Below, piece by piece: positions 38,462 through 49,453 of a stretch of DNA of 64,000 bases; position 1 is the first letter of the stretch, and the number at the start of each line of letters is the position of its first letter. Position numbers and translations under genes: made by a program. The notes under the pieces were generated by a model. That model saw only the letters and a program-made list of their open reading frames with translations. It ran no database searches and was not told the origin of the DNA. The stretch comes from Octopus bimaculoides (Eukaryota), in assembly GCF_001194135.2 (NCBI RefSeq), contig NC_068982.1, positions 113,588,044 to 113,652,043 on the forward strand, written 5' to 3'.

Positions 38462-38757
38462 CAGGGGTTTTCAAACTTTTTGACTTGCGGACCCCTTTAT
38501 ATTTCAGGCTTTACCTTAGAGACCCCCTTATAAACGCATATGAAATTTATACATAAATATTCACTTAAAATAGCATATATTTTTACATTTATTTATTTAA
38601 CAGTATTTAACAAATAGGTTTATTTTCAATTAAAAGATTTTGATAAAAAACATATATAAAATCAAATTGCTCATAAAAAGTATTTGCTGTCCACGGACCC
38701 CCTGTCTTGTCCTTGCGGACCCCCTGTGGTCCGTGGACCACAGTTTGAAAACCCCTG
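38462..38757. mobile_element. hAT-superfamily MITE (296 bp)
   Basis: Perfect 16-bp TIR caggggttttcaaact / agtttgaaaacccctg and perfect 8-bp TSD agctagaa at 38454-38461 and 38758-38765. Confidence 0.96.
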
Positions 38758-39040
38758 AGCTAGAATGTTAAAACTTAGTGTGTATGCACAGCAGTGTTCA
38801 AGGTCAATCTGTGCTTCAGCTTCGTTACTATAGCAACTGTTTGGATACTTATTGATCATACCACATATATTATGTGAATGGAGCAAGTGGAGTAAGTGGA
38901 TAATGGAGTAGGGGGAGCAAGAACACACACGGAAAACGAAAGTGTTGCTGAAAAGGTCACAGATGTGTGATACAAGATTTATGGACAATGGACAGGCGTT
39001 AAAATAATAAAATAACTGTAATAAACTAGTGAAGAAAAAC

Positions 39041-39080
<40 letters not shown>

Positions 39081-39554
39081 CATGTGTTTATTTGGCAAAA
39101 AATAAAAAAATAAATAATAAATAAAATGACCATCCCAAAATACAACAATGTCTGTTTCAAAACACAATTTCACATCAGGAATCTTGCAAAATGAATTATG
39201 CACATATATATATGTACATGTACATCTACGTGTGTGTATGTGTGCATGTGTTTACATACATGTATATGTAGGTATAAACACACCAATAAATACATATAAT
39301 TTTTGCATATACCATTATGGGTACATATATATACACACATATATCACAAATAAATGCTAGCATTGATGCAGTGACATTTCTTCTCAATTAAGATTAATGG
39401 TAGAATCCATTTGAATAAATATTAGAATCTAAGAAATATAAATAACATTGACTAGTGTCTTAAAATAAGATGTCCCTTCTAATGGTAGAACACTGATCCA
39501 ATTACATCTACAGTGAAATGAAATCCTGTCATGAATGTAAGGGCTATTTATTAT

Positions 39555-39626
39555 ACATACATACATCATATATATATATATATATAACATTATATATATA
39601 CATTTTACATTATGTATGTATGTATG

Positions 39627-39694
<68 letters not shown>

Positions 39695-39725
39695 CATATA
39701 TGTATAGATATGTGTGTGTAAATGT
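39555..39725. repeat. (TA)n/(TATG)n microsatellite cluster
   Basis: Directly visible. Confidence 0.95.
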
Positions 39726-39902
39726 GTATGTATAATACACTTATATAAAGAGAGTGGGAAAGAGAAACAAAGAAATTAGCCAGAGAACAAGTCAAATGAA
39801 TAGGTCATGTAAATGTACTTAAGGACACAAATCTTTCTTTGTGAGCTCTTATCCAATGTCTACATTTTTGGCACGTGTAATAAATATACGATGCCGTCGT
39901 CG

Positions 39903-39939
<37 letters not shown>

Positions 39940-40299
39940 TTAACGTTTGTTCTTTATGCTGGCATGGGTTGGACAGTTTGACAGGAGCTAACTAGCTGGA
40001 GCTCCATTTGTATTTTGGTATGATTTCTACATATAGATGCATTTTGTAACGCCAACCACTTTACAGGATGTAGTGAGTGCTTTTAATGTGGCACTGGCCT
40101 GAGCACTTTTACATGGCCACAGCACAAGTGTTTTAAAAAGTGCTCCAGCTGGTGTCATGTTAAAAGCATGCAGTATATGCTGTAATGTGGTTGGCATTAG
40201 GAAGGGCATCCAACTGTAGGACGCATGCCAGACAGACAGGCTGGACAGACAGTCAGACAGACTGTAGGAAGCATGGCCAGGCAGTTCCCCAGCTGGCCA

Positions 40300-40640
40300 T
40301 AGAATATATTTTTTTATCTTTTACCTGTTTTGGTCAATGGACTGTGGCCATGCTGGGGCACTGCCGTAAAGAGTTTAATTGAGTACATTAACCCCAGTAC
40401 TTATTCTATCACTCTATTTTACCAAACCTCCAAGTTTCAGGAATGAAAGCAAACCTACAACAGTTATCAAGCAGTGGTGGGGGACAAACAGCATAAACAA
40501 CACACACACACACACGATAGGCTTCTTTCAGTTTCCATCTACCAAATCCACTCATGAGACTTTAGTTGGTTTGGGATGCTGAGCAATGGGACTGAACCCT
40601 AGACCACATGTTTGGGAAGTAAGCTTCATACCCACTCAGT
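40300..40640 (-). mobile_element. SINE family A
   Basis: Colinear with the other family A copies; decayed. Confidence 0.8.
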
Positions 40641-40765
40641 CACACCTGTACATCAGTTTCCATGAGTGTATGTATGTGTGCATGTATGTATGCATGTATG
40701 CATGTAAGTATATGTATGTGTGTAAATTGTAGGTATGTATGTGTGTACACATGTGAAAATATATA

Positions 40766-41623
40766 CAGCGGGTAGTGAATAAACTGTCACCTAAATTGCA
40801 CAAAAATGAAAATAACACTAACATCTCATTTTAACAGACATATTTACCAAAATTACATTAGAATATCTTGAAATACTAAAGAGTAAATTTATTCAATAAA
40901 ATCGCCATTGGCTTCAACCATGGCCTCGAGATGACTTCAGAATCTCCTACAACTTTTCTGGACAGTCTCCTTGTTTAATTTGGTGAATGCCACCATAATC
41001 CTTGCCTTCAATTCATCTTTGGTGTTACAAGTAGTTTTGTTGGTCTCTCACTCAACTGTGTCCCACACATAATAATCAAGGGGGTTACAGTCTGATAAGT
41101 TAGGTGGCCAGATGTTAGGGGTTGTGTGGTCGCATAAATTTTCTGACAGCATGCTTGTGTGACACGGTGCAGAGTTCTGTTGCCAGACATAGGGTCTTCC
41201 AGCAGCCACCCTCTTGACCCAGGGTAGCACTACTACCTCCAGGCGCTTGAGTCTGAGGCCATGTGGGAAGATGAATGGAGGCATAACATCATCATTACTA
41301 GTGATCACTCCAAACACAATGATGTTGACTGGATGCTTGATTTTTATAACTCTCGGTACTATCCTCAAATTGACACTGTCCTCAGACTGACACCCAAACA
41401 CTCTGAAATATTCGTATTGGAGCTTCCAGCATGAATGCCAAGCAGTACAGCATGTCGCTTCCAAATTTCTGGCAGAGTGAATTGCATCATGGTGCTGTTT
41501 TTCTCATAGGTGGTGCCTAACTGACCCTACTATATACTGGGTAGCCAACAAATTGAAAAGCAAATAATGCACATGCGTGAAATTAAAATTATAAAATTGT
41601 GACAATATACTCATAACACCCTG
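40766..41623 (-). mobile_element. Non-autonomous maT/DD37D-like transposon with both ends
   Basis: TA flanks on both sides and imperfect TIRs (cagcgggtagtgaataaactgtcac / cagggtgttatgagtatattgtcac). Peptide KHPVNIIVFGVITSNDDVMPPFIFPHG...VWQQNSAPCHTS...IWPPNLSDCNPLDYYVWDTVE. Confidence 0.92.
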
Positions 41624-42075
41624 TATATGAATATATATTGTGTGAGTTTATATAAATACAAACTTGTTATCACTTCAAATATGTTTAAGACATATTCAGA
41701 CCTATACGAGGGCCAGCCACTACATTTTGTCATGAAGACATATTCTTGCTGTAAATAAAAAGGTGTAAGCATCCCAGGTCAGTTCAGAGTGCCCTCTACC
41801 CAGATCAATGAATGCATGCATTTCAAAGTAATCTTCTTTTCAGCATCAGACACTGGAAAGAAAGGCAAATCTGAACTGACTACAAGACTAAGTTTCTTTT
41901 ATTTAGATTTCAGTCAAAATACTGTGACAGGTGGCACTAACCAGCTGCTCAGCTGTAATAAAATACAGATTTGAAGCACTAAGCAGTGATTTATGTAAAT
42001 ATAGACTTGTTACCAGTTCAAATATGTTTGAGATACATTCAAACGTGTAAGAAGACCATTCACACACACACACAT

Positions 42076-42106
<31 letters not shown>

Positions 42107-42299
42107 CATACACAGATTGAATGATTATAATGACAGTGCTTATATTTCATTTTCAATACAATCTAGAGACAACTTAATTATTTTTCTTTATATGAATGCC
42201 AGTTTTCAAGCCGATGGCTATTCAGGTTCAAGCACTGCTGATAATGGAATCACAAACATTACACACAGCATTCTTGTTCAATGGCTGCCCACAAGTTGT

Positions 42300-43344
42300 T
42301 GACTATTGCCAGTTTTGTTCTGTAAACTTTATCAATTAAGTTTCACCATTAAAAAGGTTTAGTGATGTGAGGTCCACTGAATGCAAACGATATTCTACAG
42401 AATCATTTTGTCCAATCCACCAATTTGCTAAAAATCTCAAGCCCTTACATTACTATAGAAGTGTGTGGGAAGGTACAGATATCCCCATCTTGCTGGAAAT
42501 AAACTCCACAACATCAAAGTCCTCTTGAATGCTTGGTATGACAGAATGTTGCAAAAAGTTCATATAAATGGGATTAATTAAAGTGCCATAAAAAAGAATG
42601 TCCCTATTAATCCTTTTCTTGATAAGGTGAACCATATTGTAACTCCTGGTAAACTAGCATGAGGTTCCTTCATAATATGCAAATTCTTAGGTCTCCAGCA
42701 GGTGCAACTATGGTTAATAGGACCAATTAATTTAAATTGTAGCGTCATCACTCCAAACAATTTTTCTTGAAAATGCACATCTTCAACACATCTTGGCAAG
42801 TACTATTCATGAAAGTCCACTCTTCAGTCCAGATCATCTTCTTTGTGAGCATGTAACTTTTCAAATGACAGTGCTTCAAAACGCAATGGATGTTTGATTT
42901 TGAAGTTCCTACTTCATGATTTACTTGCTGCAAACATTTCCTTGAACTCTAGCAATATGTTTCTAGTACCCCTCCTTGCTTTGAAGGGCTCCTCAATGTC
43001 TACAGTATTCCAGAACATTTCTTGTAGACATTCTGAAAAGTTTCATCAGCTTCAAACTTAACTCTAATTGAAGTGATGGTTAAGTCACATAAGTAGATCT
43101 GTTTGAAACTCTCTCTGAAACTGTCTTTGATCTTTGGCCGTGTTTTCATCCTTCCAGTAGCACTTTGAATAAATTTCCTTTGTTCATAGCTTAATCTAAA
43201 TCCTTTCATTATTTCTAAATGGTTAAATATAAAAAGGAAAAAGCATTGAGCTATCAGCTGTTAAAGAGTATATACAGTTTTGGGACATCCTGTGTGTATA
43301 TTCACAAGTATAGTTTTGGGACACCCTGTGTGTATATTTACAAG
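42300..43344 (-). mobile_element. Decayed Tc1/mariner-superfamily transposon (HTH + DDE remnants)
   Basis: RLSYEQRKFI..., LTITSIRVKFEADETFQNVYKKCSG, LPGVTIWFTLSRKGLIGTFFF, YMNFLQHSVIPSI. Terminus ttttgggaca(t/c)cctg present twice. Confidence 0.8.
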
Positions 43345-43362
43345 ATAGAGACAGACAGACAG

Positions 43363-43900
43363 ATATGAAAGGTATTTTGAAAACACAACTATGTTTCAAT
43401 TTAATCTATTGTATTAGGGTTTTCCATATCTGGTATTATAGACTTGTAACTTTCTTTGAGCAATTAAGTTCCCCAAGATTAATTTTTATTAACATTTCCA
43501 GGTACTCTCAGCTTAGCCTTCCATGCTGCCTACAGTTTGCAGCCATTGACCATGCAGAACCCACAACCAAAAGTCTATGTAGAGAAGAAAAGCTATGCAA
43601 GATCAGCACTTCCTCATGTTTGAGAGTAAGGCTGGGATGGTCTGAAAATGTTGTGGGAAAATTTATCATTACAAGCAAATTTCAAATGTCTGTTTCTAAC
43701 TACATTGCACATAATTAATTCAGTCTGATGAAGTGCCATGTTGATACATTCAGCCACACATATTGCATAACTTATTACACAGAAATGTAGTTAGAACCAG
43801 AGTGGGGCAGAAACAACTGTAACTAATAATGAAATTGTGCAGCATTCATTCTTCAACTTTTTACTTGTATTATATGCTACTTTGAGCAAAATGCTTAGCA
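43363..43900 (-). mobile_element. Mariner-like remnant (3' part of transposase)
   Basis: The minus strand SQPYSQT*GSADLA*LF is a degenerate HPPYSPDLAPSDxHLF motif. Confidence 0.4.
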
Positions 43901-44285
43901 GCATTTCATCCATCTTTACATCCTGAGTTCAAATTTCACCAGTGTCAGTTTTGCCTTTCATCCTTTCAGGGTCAATAAATTAAGTACCAGTCGAGCACTG
44001 GGGTTGATGTGATTGGCTAGTCCCCACCCCTGAAATTTCAGGCCTGCTGCCTATAGTAGAAAGGTGGTGAGCTGAGCAAGCAAAATTGTTACCATGCCAG
44101 ACAAAATGCTTAGCGACATTTCTTCTGTACTTTTACATTCTTAGTTCAATTTCCACCAAGGTTGGCTTTGCCTCTCATCCTTCAAAGGTTGATAAAATAA
44201 GTATTAACTGAGCAATGGAGTCAATGGTATCAAATAGACCCTCCCCAAAAATTTCTGGCCTTGAGCCTATAGTAGAAAGGATTAT
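43880..44285 (+). mobile_element. Two tandem SINE family B copies
   Basis: Family B core at ~43880-44065 and ~44065-44285. Confidence 0.85.
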
Positions 44286-44404
44286 ATGTTATTCTATGTA
44301 ATACCTATACATTGCTTTTACCAGTGATGTACTAGGAGTTTCTGCATAGTGAACTTTGTAGTTTTCTCAAAGTTGCAATATGAGAGTGGAGATAGTATCA
44401 CACT

Positions 44405-44797
44405 ATTGTTGTTGTTGTTGGCACTCCATCGCTTACGACGTCGAGGGTTCCAGTTGGTTCGATCAACGGAACAGCCTGCTTGTGAAATTAACGTGCAAGT
44501 GGCTGAGCACTCCATAGACACATGTACCCTTAACGTAGTTCTCGGGGATATTCAGCGTGACACAGTGTGACAAGGCTGACCCTTTGAATTATAGGCACAA
44601 CAGAAACAGGAAGTAAGAGTGAGAGAAAGTTGTGGTGAAAGAGTAAAGCAGGGTTCGCCACCATCCCCTGCCGGAGCCTCGAGGAGCTGTAGGTGTTTTC
44701 GCTCAATAAACACTCACAACGCCCGGTCTGGGAATCGAAACTGTGATCCTATGACCACGAGTCTGCTGCCCTAACCACTGGGCCATTGCGCCTCCAC
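44405..44797 (-). mobile_element. tRNA-derived SINE, separate family with (CAA)n tail, young
   Basis: The minus strand starts gtggaggcgcaatggcccagtggttagg (A box)...gtttcgattccc (B box). CpG-rich although the surroundings are CpG-poor. Confidence 0.88.
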
Positions 44798-46779
44798 TAT
44801 TAATCTAACTAAATTCCACAGAAAAATGTTTAGAAGAAATCAAAGTGACTAACAAAACAAATTGGAATAAAGTTGCAAGAAATTAGATTAAATGAATTAT
44901 GGAATACTTACACTAAATTGCTGGTAAAAGCTAATTGTTGATACTTTGTACCCCTATTTAAAAAATAAAAAGAAACAAGAATAATAATAAAAAGTAAAAG
45001 AATAATTTGGTATAAATCTATATCAAATTTCACTTATGGTATCATAAATATTGTTTGCTAAACATATAATGATGGCTGGAACTGTATTTTTAAGATACAA
45101 AAGCCAGTTCAGTTGAATGCTACCTGAAAGTTCTATTAAACACGAAAGTAAAATAAATATATAACAGTATTGTATGCATATGTTTTATACATACATATAA
45201 CATGTAAATATTAGGCTAAAAAAACTCTTTGGGTAGAAATGTCAAAGGTTAGTTCCAGTTTTAAAAACAAATCATTTCACATCACCTGAAGTTTCTGAAT
45301 ACTTATCGCACACATATACACAGAGTAGCATTCCGAGTAATAACATAATTTAGATGTGTATGTGGAAGAATATATGTGTGAATGATATAAAAGTTAAATA
45401 AGGATAATTAAAATAACAGTTATACCTATATCTCACAGATATGTATATAAATGCTAGGGAAAAATATTGCAAAGAAAAATATTTATAAACTAAAAGAAAA
45501 AGATAAATCAATAGAAATGAGTATGTATGCATAGACATATAAAGTGAGTGCTAGAGTATATTATATTTATTCGTCTAAATCCAATTACTGTTTCTTTATC
45601 TTTTACATTAACACAGTCAGACACAGTGTCGACTGCTTGCAATTTGATTGGTTAACACAGACTATGAAGTACGATAATTTCATTTGATTAAATGGCAAAA
45701 TTCTAGTAGTAAAATAACTTTTACTCATCTTGATAGCAGAAATAATTTTCGCTTGACTTGATAAAGTTTGCCTTGAGGATTCCTTGATCTTCTCTGTGTT
45801 ATATGCTGTGTGCAAAGAAAGTTTCGCCTAAGGAGGCATGACAGACTATACTTGAGTTGTTAGAAGTTAGTATTTTGACTTGATTTTACATGCTGAGTTT
45901 CATATTACCTGGTGAGTCAGCTGTAGGCTGTGGGTTCAGTTATATTGAAGGATGAAACTACAAGTAAAAGAATATGCTTGAAGGTTTGAAAGCTTAAATT
46001 TATTTGCATGGTGACATAATGAGAAGTTTTCTTCCTTCCTATTTGAGATTCTGTTATTATCCATCATGAAGAATTTTCTAGTGTACTCTCCGGTCTATTA
46101 ATCATTAAACTGGAATCCTTAACTAAGCCAAATGCTTGTGGTATGGGACATTCCAGATCTAAACTACAAACTCATAGCAACTCATCTTTACTGGAAGGAT
46201 CATTTACTCCATCCTCATGCATCACAAAACTCCTCAAGTCTTTTATACTGTATACCCTTTCTTTCATATCCCTTTCCACATTGCTTTCACAAGTCATAAT
46301 CAACTCAACAATCAGGGCATATCTCACACACACACACACACATAGCCAACCCTGTATTAGGGCTGCTTCAGGTTCCAGGATTTCACATTTAGGAAAATTG
46401 TAAAGTATGGCCACTAATTTGAGACAGTCTCTCATTTTGCCATTACAGAAACTTGTACAAACTTTAACAATCAAAACTACACTTTGTTCTTAGTACAATG
46501 GCTGCTTCTCTGTATTTTAGCTAAGTACAAAATATAATTAACAATTAAAAAAAACCCGTAATCACAAATATATATATATATATATATATATAGATGTATA
46601 TTGGAAAATGTGTGAAATCCTTGGTACAGTCAGACATATTTGAAAAAGGAAAATAATTTCATTGGTAGTCCTAATTAATTTAATTTTCTAATAATCTAAT
46701 GTAATTTAATTTTACGGTTTGGTCTGTAGATCTAGTAAGTTTTTTGTGAACTTCAGTGGGGAGATATTTTAAAGATTCC

Positions 46780-47170
46780 TCGTTAACTTTTCTGGAGAGC
46801 ATTTGGTGGCCATTCTGATCTTCAGATTGTGTTATGCTGTATGATTCTGTATATAAGAGATTTGGGTATATCTGGGGTGGGGGTGAGATTTGTTAATAAT
46901 AAATGTGAGAGTGGAGGAGTGTCCATGAATCAGAGCTGAAAGAAAATAGTGAATGGTAAAATCATAATAATTGATTGCAGGTGGAGTTGGGAGGTGGTGG
47001 GGTGTTTAAGGAGTGTTTTATGAAGGGCTTGTGAAAGTGTCCTCCTGTTGGTTCCATTCTAATAGTTGACCTTTGGTGGAAAATATAATGGTCAGATGTT
47101 TTTCAAATTCTCTTATGGCTGAATCAACTATCTTAATTTTATAGAGAAGATTCAGTAATTTTCTATGTTA
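46780..47170 (-). mobile_element. Possible decayed Penelope-like RT C-terminal fragment
   Basis: The minus strand gives IVDSAIREFEKHL...TIHYF..., a weak recalled resemblance to PLE RICSxxxDFEKHL. Confidence 0.25.
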
Positions 47171-47703
47171 AAGATGAGTTTAGGTGTGTGTGTCTGGGAG
47201 GAAGTGTTAATGAGGTGTAAGATATATGTCTTTTGATAAAAAAAAAGGGGACGATAGTAGAGAGAAGGAGAGAGAGACGGAGGGAGAAATAAAAACAAGG
47301 TTAGACTTGGAATGTTTGTTAATAGAAATGTATTTTTCATATTTACATTTTGGTTTTGGAGGGGAGGTGTGTGTGTGTGTTGGGGGAGAAGATCAGCTAG
47401 CTCACATTTTTACTTCCCTATATATCAACAAACAAAAAGTATATATATATACATATATATATACATATATACACACACATATACAAGCATACATATATAT
47501 ATATATATACACGCACGCACATATACATATGCCAGTTGCCGAAAAGATTATTACAGCATGTTAACAAAGCATAAGCTTGACGAATAAAATATAGTTCGTT
47601 GAAGATTTTAGGGATAATGCATATATCATTCAAGGCATCCCTATATTAACTCATCTCAATCCATTTCATTGGCTTACTTGAGTTATTTCCTTAACCTCAC
47701 TAA

Positions 47704-49453
47704 TCTATATATATAAAAATGAGTCTGTGTATGTGTAAACCCACATAACTTCTGAAGTTCTCACAACTGTTCTCCATATTGGGAACATACATTACTTATG
47801 TTCCAGAGATGATTTTAGACTCTTAAAAGTTTTCACATAAGTAGTGGGCCTCTTAGGAGCAGAAAACACCCTTTCCTGGGCTACATAGAGAAAGGAGGTA
47901 ACTCTTTGTGAATGCTTTTTTCATCTTTTTAAAATATTGATATTAATTAATGTTTTTATTGACAATTAATTATTAGCAGTGCCATCTCAGTTCATTGTAT
48001 GTATTTCTTAAAATTTGCTAAGATATTGATATTATGTACCTTTTTTTCTTGTCATTTCATTACTAACGTACAACTGTCATCTCATTTTATTACATCATAT
48101 TTCTTGACACAATGTCTCCAAAGAGGAGATCCTCTATTGGTCGAAAAATTATCACAATCTCAATTGACTGTGTGACAAAGCAATATTGGCTCAAAAAAAA
48201 CAGCACTGTAAGTAAAATTAATAAGCAGTTGCTGCAGTACCTTCCTGAAAGTCCGCACATCTACAAGTCAGTTGATACAATCCCAGATCCAGAAGAGGTG
48301 GTAAATTATCCAACTGAATTTCTCAATTCATTGGAGCCTCCAGGAGTACCTCCCCACAGATTGGCACTTAAAGTGGAAACTCCAGGAATTTGGATCCACC
48401 AACACTCTGCAATGGGACATGCTTGGTGGTAAAGAAGATGATGCTACATATTAATGAGGTTACCATTCTCTCTGGATGTGAAAAAGGAGAGGACATTTTC
48501 ATATCCAGAATTCCTATCTTTCCATTGGGAGCAGAAATTCCTTTTTCATTCAGAAGAGTGCAATTTCCTATTTGTATCAGCTTCACAATGTCTATCAATA
48601 AATCTCAGGGTCAAACACTATCTGTGGTAGAACTTCACATGCTTCTCACACAAGCAATAAATGTTGAGTGCTTTAGAGTGGGAAGCAAAAAAAAAAAATC
48701 TAATTGTACTTGTTCCACAAGGGAAAAACAAAGAATATTGATCCCCAAGCGGTTTTGTAGGAATTACTACATCCTATGATGCACTCCAGTATCCACTGCT
48801 CTTTGTGAATGGTGAAGATGGATACCATTTCGGCATAATACCAACAAACCCGAAGACTGCACCAACAAAGCAGTTTCCTGCATGGACCTCAGTATCAATG
48901 CATATTCTCCAATTACTCTCACCAACCATGCAGTAAGCCATTACGCCACATTTTTTTAAGTATTTCGTAACTGCATATTCTCATGTGACTGCATAGACTC
49001 AGTTTATGTTTCTTATTCTACAGCCACACCAGCAATCCAATGTCAACCCTTCGCCTTCTGCAACATTTCACTTTCCCGTTGCCGTTTCCCATTGCAGCCC
49101 CTTTCCGGAATGTAACCACTTACATACAATATCTCCATTACATCTACATTCATTCGACTGTCAATCATACAACAGGTCGTGTTAGACGCAAAAGAGAGTA
49201 TATTCACTGACAGCTTTTCAGCGTGTTCAAAAATCACATACTCTCCCCACGCCCCATCAATTTTACATGACAAGTTAGGGCCTGGAATCCACCAAACGGA
49301 CGCATGACATGTCTCTTAGTTGAATTAGCCCATCATTTACTCCACAAATATTTTGTCGTCAAGGCTGCGCTTTCCCGTATCACGTTTCAATATAACTGTA
49401 ATATATATACAAACTATGCCTTAATTCTGAGCAATGCTGAGTATCTCTGTTAG
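47704..49453 (+). mobile_element. Non-autonomous Helitron with PIF1 helicase and Rep-region fragments
   Basis: a|TCtatatatataaaa start and ...gagcaatgctgagtatctctgTTAG|t end. Encodes VNYPTEFLNSLEPPGVPPHRLALKV, PTLCNGT, RVQFPICISFTMSINKSQGQTL, and at ~48770-48890 SYDALQYPLLFVNGEDGYHFG. Confidence 0.95.
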
